Shown piece by piece: positions 27,625 to 36,119 of a stretch of 64,000 nt of DNA; position 1 is the stretch's first letter, and each line of letters opens with the position of its first letter. Origin of the DNA: a virus (Duplodnaviria; Caudoviricetes); the IMG/VR virus record IMGVR_UViG_3300005330_000014, positions 64,001 through 128,000 of that record; one strand, given 5' to 3'. The position numbers were made by a program, and so were the translations under genes. The notes below the pieces were generated by a model, which was not told where the DNA came from, made no database searches, and worked only from the letters and a program-made list of their open reading frames with translations.

Positions 27625-27652
27625 AGAATAACACCCGTTTATAAAGAGTCAA
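27625..27652 (-). promoter_or_regulatory. sigma70-like promoter
   Basis: TTGACT-N16-TATTCT with extended TG, AAAATAAATC upstream. Confidence 0.75.
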
Positions 27653-27660
27653 GATTTATT

Positions 27661-27834
27661 TTAAAATTTCCTCAACGATTCGTGTTCAGCTCCATAATAT
27701 CCCGCCAACCAGCATCTATACTCCTTAGAATTAACTTTATAAGGATTATATGATTTAGGTAATTGTTCTAGACAAGCGTTATATCCGCCGGAATAAGCGT
27801 TGCCCGCAGGACGATCAATAAATTCAGTTAACAT
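27661..27834 (-). CDS. 57-aa Rmf/CrpP-like protein
   Basis: Manual translation: AYSGGYNA...NPY...YRCWLAGYYGA matches the Rmf pattern GY.A...PY...W..G...A. Confidence 0.55.
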   Translation of the reverse strand: MLTEFIDRPAGNAYSGGYNACLEQLPKSYNPYKVNSKEYRCWLAGYYGAEHESLRKF

Positions 27835-27882
27835 AGTACATAGTATTTAGAGTTTAATACTGAATGAAGATTTGGCTTAATA

Positions 27883-28590
27883 TTAATATTTATATTTAAT
27901 TAAATTTTGCCTGAAATCTTTAATACCATCTCTATTATATTTAGGCAATTCAATTAAAGGATTTGGGGTATTATTGTCGTCTCGGATTTCAATCGGGCAA
28001 AAGGAAAGCCTAATAAAAGTTCTAACTACGTTGTTCGGTATTTTTGGGCGACGATGAACAATATAAGGGTCAAAGCAATAAATCATATTATTCCTCATTC
28101 TTTTTATAAATTCAAATCCATCAATTCTGTCTTGAAAATATAAATGAATATTATAAATGGAAGGATCAAAATCCGCCGGAATTTCAAAAGTCCGTTGCAC
28201 ATACTCGGTGGGATATACGTTAGACCAACAATAATTTTGTTCGGGCAAATGGTTAATGTTTAAAGAAAATCCATCCACATGCCATTCGTCATCGTTAATA
28301 GATTCAACTACTCCATGCCTCACCGTTAGATAGCAAAATGGATGTTTTATTTTGACAACATTTTTTTGATATTGGTAGCATTTTTCTACAAAAGATTTAA
28401 GCCACGCGCAGCCAGTAGGAAATTGAAAATCTCCAAAAGGCTGTTTAATTAACATTCTTAAGATATATTGTTTAGAAAAAGGACAATTTAGTTCAATTCT
28501 ACCCACTTTTTCTAGAGTGTTTAAGTAAGAATATTGCTTAAGATTTAAGGCGTGCAAGCCACGGGCAGCAATGGTATTCGCGTGAAACAT
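27883..28590 (-). CDS. putative 2OG-Fe(II) dioxygenase
   Basis: WHVD (HxD), distal VHRRP His, RTFIRLSF; start moved to MFHANT. Confidence 0.6.
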   Translation of the reverse strand: MFHANTIAARGLHALNLKQYSYLNTLEKVGRIELNCPFSKQYILRMLIKQPFGDFQFPTGCAWLKSFVEKCYQYQKNVVKIKHPFCYLTVRHGVVESINDDEWHVDGFSLNINHLPEQNYCWSNVYPTEYVQRTFEIPADFDPSIYNIHLYFQDRIDGFEFIKRMRNNMIYCFDPYIVHRRPKIPNNVVRTFIRLSFCPIEIRDDNNTPNPLIELPKYNRDGIKDFRQNLIKYKY

Positions 28591-28598
28591 TTTTATTT

Positions 28599-28820
28599 TT
28601 ATTTTTTTAAGTAATTCTCCAAAAAGTGCGCCCACTTTACTTTGGCAAGAACAGCGTCTTTATAATCTTTAAACCCATCGTAAAATCCGGGGCAATTGGG
28701 ATGAAGGGGAAAGGCGGTAGAAGAAATTGGTTGACATTCGCTAATATATCTATTCCCAAAATTCATTGCTATTAAAAGCTTTGGATTTTGAACATCTTCT
28801 ATAGCTAGAATAAAGTTCAT
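28599..28820 (-). CDS. hypothetical protein
   Basis: ORF track; co-oriented. Confidence 0.65.
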   Translation of the reverse strand: MNFILAIEDVQNPKLLIAMNFGNRYISECQPISSTAFPLHPNCPGFYDGFKDYKDAVLAKVKWAHFLENYLKK

Positions 28821-28844
28821 TAACTTTTAAGATTCTTTAATACT

Positions 28845-29348
28845 TTAAACAGGATCAGTAATCAAAATACCTAAATTGTGATTTATTTCATGCAAAATTG
28901 TGAAAGAGCCCGAATATCTATCAACTTTAGTTTCAACAATCTTTTCACATTCAATTGTATAGTATTCTAAATCAATAAACTCTTTTCTAATAACTGGAAT
29001 AGGCTTTTCTAAAGTTAATGATCCACAATTGGATAACGTTTTGATTTCCTCTCCATATTCTTTAGTTATTTTAGGATTAATCATTACTACTGCGCGGCCT
29101 TCACGCATAACTGCAATAATATTAAAAGGAACCCCAGCGTTTGCCCCGGACCAACCATGAGGCTTTTTGTAACCTTTTTTCTCGGCTCGCGCAGCCCAAG
29201 CAATTTCGTCACAACATACTTGAATAATATGACGATAACTTAAGCTTGTTTTAAGTAATCTAATATTAACATCAAATAGCCGCCGCGTCAGAATATCCTT
29301 ATCTTCAGGATTTTTAATATGAGTACAATAATCAGAATGAGTAAACAT
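28845..29348 (-). CDS. def: divergent peptide deformylase
   Basis: VMINPKI, NCGSL (EGCLS-like), HEINH.LGIL (HExDH-like); motif 1 degenerate. Confidence 0.75.
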   Translation of the reverse strand: MFTHSDYCTHIKNPEDKDILTRRLFDVNIRLLKTSLSYRHIIQVCCDEIAWAARAEKKGYKKPHGWSGANAGVPFNIIAVMREGRAVVMINPKITKEYGEEIKTLSNCGSLTLEKPIPVIRKEFIDLEYYTIECEKIVETKVDRYSGSFTILHEINHNLGILITDPV

Positions 29349-29352
29349 GACT

Positions 29353-29820
29353 TTAACTTTTTAATAATTCAGGATTCATATGGATATTACCAATGATTTC
29401 TTCATCTTCTCTTGCGGATTGGCAACCTGTGAATTGATTATCGAATACTGTGATTCTAGGCCAACGATTTTGTTCAAGATTTCTAATTATTAACTGATAT
29501 TTATCATATCCAACGACCCCTTTCATTTTTTTACCAAATTTGCCGTGCCCCGAACTATGATTTTGAAAAGTTACTATATCATTCTCATAAATCTCCGCGC
29601 CATTCTTATCATATAAACCAGTAAATTGATCCCGGCGGACTTCGTTCATATTTTCAAACCAATGAGATGGGATTGTTCCGTCGCTATCTATTTTGAAATC
29701 ACTAACTTCACTGCTATAACGCCACCCAAGCTCAGTCAAATATTCATATCCAAAAATTTCACCTTTATAGATAACACGGAATTTAACCACGCGTTTGTTG
29801 GCTTGTTTGTCAGTTTTCAT
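29353..29820 (-). CDS. YopX-family protein
   Basis: KFR...QFTGLYDKNGAEIYENDIV...EIIGNIHMNPELL. Confidence 0.9.
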   Translation of the reverse strand: MKTDKQANKRVVKFRVIYKGEIFGYEYLTELGWRYSSEVSDFKIDSDGTIPSHWFENMNEVRRDQFTGLYDKNGAEIYENDIVTFQNHSSGHGKFGKKMKGVVGYDKYQLIIRNLEQNRWPRITVFDNQFTGCQSAREDEEIIGNIHMNPELLKS

Positions 29821-29837
29821 AATATTATTATATTAGA

Positions 29838-30572
29838 CTAATTAACTAAATGTGCATATTCCATGCCTAAAGTTTCTACTCTATCTTCCTTATCTATCTT
29901 TCCTTTCCTTTTTGTTTCTTTAGAATCTTTAATTTCGTCTTTAATCCCGTTTGTAAGGACATACTTATCTCCAAGTAAATATTCTTGTAGTTCTTCATCG
30001 ACTAACGCGTGCCAGATTTTACACGAGGCATGACTTGGCGCGGTTCCGCTAGACATAAAATAAAATGGAAAAATGCGACTTGGCGCGGCCAAATACACTT
30101 TTGGATTCAGGGGATAGTTATGAGTAACCCAAATAACATCTTTTCTAATTGTCGGGCACCACATTGCATACAAAATCGGGGTACTGTAATCAATTTGCGA
30201 ATATTGCGTAGGCGTTCCAGCAAGATAAATATTTATTTTAGCGCGACTGGCAAAATAAGCCGCCGCCGCGAATAAATCTTGAAAATATTGCTTTAATTGG
30301 TAATTTGCCGGGCCATCAAAATAGCTAGTTAAAACATCATATATTTCTTGCACTGAACGGTTGCGTCCATACCCGTTTTTAGTATCTGTAACTAAAGCTC
30401 CATTTTCATTCACCGTATCATACATCAAGTTATAGCTACTAAAAAAATTAATTAAAAATTGCACAGGGTCGCGCGGATAATCGTCGGGCAAGCCTTTGAG
30501 TTTTAATCCCGGCACGCGGGCCGTTTCGTTGAATAACTTAACTAATTCGTTGAATTTATTTTCAGCACTCAT
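29838..30572 (-). CDS. hypothetical protein, paralog of 30622-31248
   Basis: Shared FNE..R..GL.L.G...PV.FLI.FF...NRSVQEIY..LTSYF. Confidence 0.8.
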   Translation of the reverse strand: MSAENKFNELVKLFNETARVPGLKLKGLPDDYPRDPVQFLINFFSSYNLMYDTVNENGALVTDTKNGYGRNRSVQEIYDVLTSYFDGPANYQLKQYFQDLFAAAAYFASRAKINIYLAGTPTQYSQIDYSTPILYAMWCPTIRKDVIWVTHNYPLNPKVYLAAPSRIFPFYFMSSGTAPSHASCKIWHALVDEELQEYLLGDKYVLTNGIKDEIKDSKETKRKGKIDKEDRVETLGMEYAHLVN

Positions 30573-30621
30573 AAATGAAAAAATTGATATTAATACTTGC
30601 TATTACTGTTTTATTTTATTA

Positions 30622-31248
30622 TTATTTAGCAGCTATACCTATATACTTATTACCTACCAATAATTTTTGAATATCTTCATCATACATCAATTTCCAGATT
30701 TTACCGCTGGAGCTTTCACTATCCAAATTACGCGTGACAATAGAATCACTCACAAAGTGAATGGGGAAGGTATTTGTCGGAACGCCGAAATGTTGGGGCC
30801 ATCTGTTACCCCGATAACTAAAAATATTTCTCTGAATATCGGGGCACCAAAAACATTTAAGATGCAGAGATTGGATTATCGGAGTCCCATCTGTATATCC
30901 TATCTCTGCATCTCGTTTATTAACTATATAAACTAGCTCATAAATATCTTTAAAATACTGTTCCAAACTATAATCTTTGAAATAAGAAGTCAGAATGAAA
31001 TAAATTTCTTGAACGGAACGATTCTTGACCGGGCCACCATTTCTAATATCCGTAACTATCTCTCCATGTCTATTAAGTGTAGGATTAGCAACATTATATT
31101 TATTAAAAAATTCAATTAGAAATTCTACAGGGGTAATGGGGAACGCATTTGGATCATTTGGATCAACTCCCTGCAACGTCAAACCCTCCATGCGGGGGAC
31201 TTCATTAAACAGCTTAATTAGTAATTCGTATTTTTGCGTAGTGTTCAT
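30622..31248 (-). CDS. hypothetical protein, paralog of 29838-30572
   Basis: Shared NRSVQEIY..LTSYF and WCP.I...I motifs. Confidence 0.8.
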   Translation of the reverse strand: MNTTQKYELLIKLFNEVPRMEGLTLQGVDPNDPNAFPITPVEFLIEFFNKYNVANPTLNRHGEIVTDIRNGGPVKNRSVQEIYFILTSYFKDYSLEQYFKDIYELVYIVNKRDAEIGYTDGTPIIQSLHLKCFWCPDIQRNIFSYRGNRWPQHFGVPTNTFPIHFVSDSIVTRNLDSESSSGKIWKLMYDEDIQKLLVGNKYIGIAAK

Positions 31249-31272
31249 TTTGAATTATTTTTTAATTATTTA

Positions 31273-31476
31273 TTATTTGTTATGACTTTTAATCACTTCG
31301 ATTCCATTATGATTCTTTAGTCCAATTAATTCGGCCATTTCTTGACGTAAAATCCGGCGGTTATCAGGTCCATCGGCGGACGCAATAGATAAATATTTGG
31401 TAAGAAAGAATTTCAATCTTAATAAGTTACTGTATTCATCCTGTGATATTTGAATAGTTGAATTATCAGCGCTCAT
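31273..31476 (-). CDS. hypothetical protein
   Basis: ORF track; co-oriented. Confidence 0.7.
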   Translation of the reverse strand: MSADNSTIQISQDEYSNLLRLKFFLTKYLSIASADGPDNRRILRQEMAELIGLKNHNGIEVIKSHNK

Positions 31477-31668
31477 TCGTATTGCTATTAATTTATTTTA
31501 TTTACTGGAATGGTTGCAAATCTTTTAACTTAACAAAACATTTAATAGCAACAACGTGTGACCCAAGGCGGCGGCGAAAACAACGAGAATCCCCGCGACC
31601 GCATTGAGGGCAAATCGCGCGCCATGTTTTAGATTTTGGATCGTAAATTGAATTAGCTGATGTAGCAT

Positions 31669-32007
31669 TCATAGTCTCATTAATATATCTAGTTTATAAT
31701 CAGGCCAGCTATTATTCATATCTGTGAAATGCCCTCCATTGTCTGCTTGATAAGGGCGATCATGGGCAGGATGCCCCGGCAAATGCAATTTAAATTGAAA
31801 ATAATCCTTATTAATTCTCTTTTCTAAAACTCGGGCGCGGATTTCATCGAATATTAGACAATTAGAATAAGAGAATATACTATCATTATTACTGTTAGTA
31901 GATAAAAAATTTTGAATATCATCAACCGCTTCATTGATTTTCCCATCTGGGGCACCCGTTTTAGAAAAACGGAGTAAACCGAGCGGATCATATATGATAG
32001 TAACCAT
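31669..32007 (-). CDS. hypothetical protein
   Basis: ORF track; co-oriented. Confidence 0.7.
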   Translation of the reverse strand: MVTIIYDPLGLLRFSKTGAPDGKINEAVDDIQNFLSTNSNNDSIFSYSNCLIFDEIRARVLEKRINKDYFQFKLHLPGHPAHDRPYQADNGGHFTDMNNSWPDYKLDILMRL

Positions 32008-32181
32008 AATTATTTTGCTTCTGTTAATACTTTAGATACTTCTTTATAATTCAAATCTTTTAAAATCCGAGAGCGAAATTTCTCGGCACTACCTTTCGTG
32101 CTGAAAGACGCTATTTCACACAACCAGTACGAATTTACAAAAGTGCAAAAAGCTTGTTTATAAATGATATAATACATAAAA

Positions 32182-32406
32182 CTAAATTAGATTGTTTCTC
32201 AACTCTTTTAATTCGGGCGCATCTAAAAATTGAATTGCCGTAATTAAAGCCGCACGATCAGCTTCCTTATAACCATATTGGTTAGAGTAATAATGATTAA
32301 TTTCTCTGATTCGATCTTCGGTAGGGCGCGGGGATACAGGATTAGCTAAATAAAATAATCCAACCCCTTTGATTAATGTTAAAAATTGTTCAGAATGTTG
32401 ACTCAT
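32182..32406 (-). CDS. hypothetical protein
   Basis: ORF track; co-oriented. Confidence 0.7.
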   Translation of the reverse strand: MSQHSEQFLTLIKGVGLFYLANPVSPRPTEDRIREINHYYSNQYGYKEADRAALITAIQFLDAPELKELRNNLI

Positions 32407-32423
32407 AAAAATTAGTTAGTTAG

Positions 32424-32876
32424 TTAAAATAAACTCCTACGATATTTATTAAGAATACATTCAGCATATACGCATACCAAAGTTTCTTCATCCCACTCTA
32501 CAAAGTCCTGTAGCTCCGGGCGGATAATTACTATTTTTGGATCAATATTATAGTTTAAATGAAAAAGTTCATGGCTTAATAGCCAAATTAAGAATTCAGT
32601 TGTATTATTTAAATGGGTTTCACGAAAATATGATTCCTGAAAATCGTGATTAATATCTAATACCTGCGGAAAGAATTCGTCCGCCGGAGCAATAACCAAA
32701 ACAGTATTTTTTTCTACATCTGCCTCCCCATCCCAACCATCATCCTTACTTTGTTTAATAGTTACTTTAATTTTTAAATCACTTTTTTGTAAGCCGGGCG
32801 GCAAACAATAATGAACTATTTTAAGTAGATCGGAGTCCTTATAATCCGTCCGATTCTTTAAGACAATTTTGCTCAT
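32424..32876 (-). CDS. putative zincin metallopeptidase
   Basis: LLSHELFHL (HExxH) and downstream EETL Glu. Confidence 0.6.
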   Translation of the reverse strand: MSKIVLKNRTDYKDSDLLKIVHYCLPPGLQKSDLKIKVTIKQSKDDGWDGEADVEKNTVLVIAPADEFFPQVLDINHDFQESYFRETHLNNTTEFLIWLLSHELFHLNYNIDPKIVIIRPELQDFVEWDEETLVCVYAECILNKYRRSLF

Positions 32877-32882
32877 AATTTT

Positions 32883-32910
32883 ATTCTAGCAAATGGAGCA
32901 AAGCTGTCAA
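32883..32910 (-). promoter_or_regulatory. sigma70-like promoter, likely leaderless
   Basis: TTGACA-N16-TAGAAT, 6 nt to the ATG at 32876. Confidence 0.85.
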
Positions 32911-32978
32911 GCACTTTCTTTGCCCACATTTTTTCTTGTGATTTGCCCATCTAAATTCTAAATTTACCAAACTGCCAG

Positions 32979-33329
32979 CTACCATCTATTTTTTCTTAAA
33001 TTATTTCTATATTGGGAATAGGGATCGGGATCAACAAATTCTTCCAAATATCTTTCTATCCAAGGATAATATCGTTCTTTATAAAGACACCACGCAAGCG
33101 GGCGCACAATCAAATAATTAATACCTAATAAGCAGCCAACGTAAAAGAATAATGCGCCGCGATCATAATTTAAATTGAATGCCAAAAAGTTGTAATAATA
33201 ACACAACCAAAACATTGAAATCATACCCAAAAGCATTACAAGTTTAAATGTAATTGAGACTAGGGAATAAATAACAAATTGCCGTGCGCGGACTTCTACC
33301 GGGGCGGCATAGAATTGTGTGGAACTCAT
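32979..33329 (-). CDS. membrane protein
   Basis: Two TM segments. Confidence 0.7.
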   Translation of the reverse strand: MSSTQFYAAPVEVRARQFVIYSLVSITFKLVMLLGMISMFWLCYYYNFLAFNLNYDRGALFFYVGCLLGINYLIVRPLAWCLYKERYYPWIERYLEEFVDPDPYSQYRNNLRKNRW

Positions 33330-33358
33330 AGATTTGAATTATTATTAATTATTAAATT

Positions 33359-33430
33359 TCGGCGCGCATCGTGTCGAGCGATGTTTCTTCCAATTATAAG
33401 TCGGACCCTGAAACCGTCCAGCCCACGCCG
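33359..33430 (-). tRNA. non-canonical tRNA-like element, anticodon UAU (Ile, AUA)
   Basis: CGGCGTG/CGCGCCG acceptor, CTGG/TCAG D stem, TCCGA-CTTATAA-TTGGA anticodon arm, CATCG-CTCGACA-CGATG T arm; deviates at G8 and C54. Confidence 0.6.
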
Positions 33431-33443
33431 GGAAATTACTAAT

Positions 33444-33749
33444 TTAATCCCATAAAATTACTTCATCAAGTGTTTGTGCGAATTTAAACCCCGGTTCTTT
33501 TTGCTTATTTATATATAATTGAACATATGGGAAAGCTGGGTGGCCGGGCCAATTATCTAAAATTTGTTTAGAGCATCTATCGCATAGCTTTTCTTTAGCT
33601 AATTCAGGATTTGCTTCAATTTCTAATCTAGTATGTCCAAAATTATTCCAAGATGTTGCACGGGGATGCTTTTTGCAGCGCGGACATTTCGGGCGGACAC
33701 CTTTTAAAGATTTAATAGTGACACTAACTTGCAAGTCTGGTTTAGCCAT
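33444..33749 (-). CDS. hypothetical Zn-binding protein
   Basis: CPRC...CDRC. Confidence 0.7.
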   Translation of the reverse strand: MAKPDLQVSVTIKSLKGVRPKCPRCKKHPRATSWNNFGHTRLEIEANPELAKEKLCDRCSKQILDNWPGHPAFPYVQLYINKQKEPGFKFAQTLDEVILWD

Positions 33750-33755
33750 TTAGAC

Positions 33756-33783
33756 AGCCTAGCACTTCCAAAGTTATTGTCAA
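33756..33783 (-). promoter_or_regulatory. sigma70-like promoter, likely leaderless
   Basis: TTGACA-N16-TAGGCT, 6 nt to the ATG at 33749. Confidence 0.8.
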
Positions 33784-33817
33784 GATTTATTTTTGACTTT
33801 CTGAAACCAAACTTTAG

Positions 33818-34198
33818 TTATTTCTTATTCCAAACTTTAATTACTTTTTCCCCAATTTCTACTTGATATAGATTATTGAATTCTAATTCTGACCCATTAT
33901 AAGATTGATACCAACCGGGGATTTTCCAGTATGTTTCTTGTTTCTCGGGAGAAGTTAGTTTAATAACTACCCAATGTTCTTCGCCCGCGCCTTCTGAGCC
34001 ACCGAAACGCTCGGCAAGTTCTAATTTCCAGCCTAAACCAATTTCAAAAACATAATCATAACGATAATTATTTTGTCGCCAAGAATCAGTTTTATCGTCC
34101 AATTTATGCAAAAGCGCGGCCAAATGATTTTTATCCAATCTCCAAGACTGGTTCACTAACTCAATTACTTCCGTTTTAATTTCTCTGTTTGTATTCAT
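33818..34198 (-). CDS. conserved phage hypothetical protein
   Basis: ERFGGSEGAGEEHWVV...GWYQSYNG pattern. Confidence 0.75.
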   Translation of the reverse strand: MNTNREIKTEVIELVNQSWRLDKNHLAALLHKLDDKTDSWRQNNYRYDYVFEIGLGWKLELAERFGGSEGAGEEHWVVIKLTSPEKQETYWKIPGWYQSYNGSELEFNNLYQVEIGEKVIKVWNKK

Positions 34199-34213
34199 AT
34201 TATTTGTTTGTTG

Positions 34214-34996
34214 TTATTTATTATTTTCTAACCTTAGTTTTCCTTCTTTTTCTGCCTGTTTAAATTTTGTTATATATTGTTTATCGTTGGAACTATACAA
34301 TAAGTGATAATTTTCAATAATAAACATTTTGAACCATCCGCTACTCATTGTAGTAATTAACTTTTTAAGACTTTTAGAATAAGATAGTTTATCCCCGGCG
34401 GTAAAGTCTGAGGGAATTAAATATCTTTCTAGAGCCGTTACCCAAATTTCTTCTTGAACTAACAATAATTGGTCACGAATACTTAATTGTTTAAATTTTC
34501 TCTCTAAACATTTAACTGAATTTTCATTTTCTAATATTCGATAATAAAGAGGTTCATCATAAACTGCTACAGCTTTGTGAATGTCATCGTGAACATATTT
34601 TCTATTAACTGCATCATTAAAGAATGCCCCGGCATCCTTATCTTTAAGCGCGGCCCATTTCTTTCCATGCACTTTAATCCAACCATTGACTAGTTTCTTG
34701 TATAATTCTGGATCAAATTTGCAACCCTTAGATTTAAGAAAAAGAATATCGTTAGCAGTTTTAAGCCAGTGAATATCCCAACCAAAATGACTACATTTTA
34801 GATTATAAAGTAAATTGGGGGCCAAATATTTAGCACTACCGTTTCTGTCAATTAATTCTTGAAATTCATCAATCCAATATCTTTGAACGTCTTTTGTTAC
34901 TGAAGGGTGTTTAGATATATAATCAGTATCTTTAGGCGCGCGAAATTCGGGGAACCAATATTTAATAGCTGTGGAACCAATTATTAAGTCGCTCAT
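34214..34996 (-). CDS. phage nucleotidyltransferase-like protein (DUF7275-type)
   Basis: LIIGSTA...KDTD (GS + DxD), HDDIH..VA.YDEPLY. Confidence 0.6.
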   Translation of the reverse strand: MSDLIIGSTAIKYWFPEFRAPKDTDYISKHPSVTKDVQRYWIDEFQELIDRNGSAKYLAPNLLYNLKCSHFGWDIHWLKTANDILFLKSKGCKFDPELYKKLVNGWIKVHGKKWAALKDKDAGAFFNDAVNRKYVHDDIHKAVAVYDEPLYYRILENENSVKCLERKFKQLSIRDQLLLVQEEIWVTALERYLIPSDFTAGDKLSYSKSLKKLITTMSSGWFKMFIIENYHLLYSSNDKQYITKFKQAEKEGKLRLENNK

Positions 34997-35001
34997 TTAA
35001 A

Positions 35002-36075
35002 TTAAATTTTATTAATTTCTTGGAAATACCAAATTCTAGCTTTTTTTGCAATCTCGCCACCAACATCTTTTTTATTTAATCCTGACGCTTCTAGTTCATC
35101 ATTGCATTCTTTAAGGATATCATTGGCTATAAATCTTAAAAAGTCTCCCATGCAAGTTTGTGGTGCGGCTTTATTATATAGATTGTTTTCTTTTAGATAG
35201 TTAAATCCTTGAGTCAATCTTTCAATATTAACATTCTTGTCTACAAATCCTTCAATTGTTTTAGCTTTTTCAATATCTACTTTAGCTAAAGTTTTTACAT
35301 GTGAACCAGCATGTTCTTGGCCCTTAACTTTAAACCAAAATTTAGTATTGCCAAAATCTTCCCCAGCAGCTTGCCAAACAATGCCCTCTCCAATTCCACT
35401 AACACCTAACGTTAAACCAAATGGAGATTCTTTCTCTACTTCTAAAGTATAGTTATTGATTAAATCCAGTGATTCCGCCGGGCGTTCAAAATCAATTTCA
35501 ATATCCCAGCGTTTCCCTTGATAAATACTGAAAATTCTATGGTTATTCCAATGAGATTCTAAATATGTTTTATCAAACTGAGAAAAATCCGCCCATTCGC
35601 GGGCGTTTTCATCATTTTCATCATAAATAACTAGGGCCGCGAAAATAGCCCAAAATTTATCTACTTCACTAATAGCAACTTTATTTTGAATTCCTTTCCC
35701 GGCCCATTCGCCATAAATTACCACAATATAGCTAGAATGATTGTCTTGATCAAATGCCATGTATAATTCATTAACTACTTCGAGCGGCAAATTATTAATA
35801 AATTGAGCAAAACCATAATTATCATCGCCCGGCTGAATAATCCTTTCGCGAGATTGACAATAAAATGATCTATCAGATTTAATCACAACTGAACAATTAG
35901 AACCATGAAGCTTTTCGGTCCCAAAATATTTCAGTTTAGGTAATACAGCCGCACGATTCATAATCGGCTGTTGATCCGCATCCAATCCCTGAAATTGTGC
36001 TTTCCATTGCACATTCCGCGCGGCATTTCTAAATTGTTCAATGCTAGGGAATTTATGTAAAGTAAAACTATTCAT
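35002..36075 (-). CDS. Rnl2-like RNA ligase
   Basis: EKLHGSN (motif I), IYGEWAG, GEGIVW, FKVKG. Confidence 0.85.
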   Translation of the reverse strand: MNSFTLHKFPSIEQFRNAARNVQWKAQFQGLDADQQPIMNRAAVLPKLKYFGTEKLHGSNCSVVIKSDRSFYCQSRERIIQPGDDNYGFAQFINNLPLEVVNELYMAFDQDNHSSYIVVIYGEWAGKGIQNKVAISEVDKFWAIFAALVIYDENDENAREWADFSQFDKTYLESHWNNHRIFSIYQGKRWDIEIDFERPAESLDLINNYTLEVEKESPFGLTLGVSGIGEGIVWQAAGEDFGNTKFWFKVKGQEHAGSHVKTLAKVDIEKAKTIEGFVDKNVNIERLTQGFNYLKENNLYNKAAPQTCMGDFLRFIANDILKECNDELEASGLNKKDVGGEIAKKARIWYFQEINKI

Positions 36076-36119
36076 TATTTTTTAGTTTGGTTTAATTAAT
36101 TCAATAATTTAATATGTAA

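Noticed and set aside
33359-33430. ykkC/guanidine riboswitch resemblance (GUUUC-AGGGUCCG...GAAAC)
   Set aside because: Lacks the conserved 3' GGGAxAAAAGCCCGG part; the tRNA cloverleaf accounts for all nucleotides.
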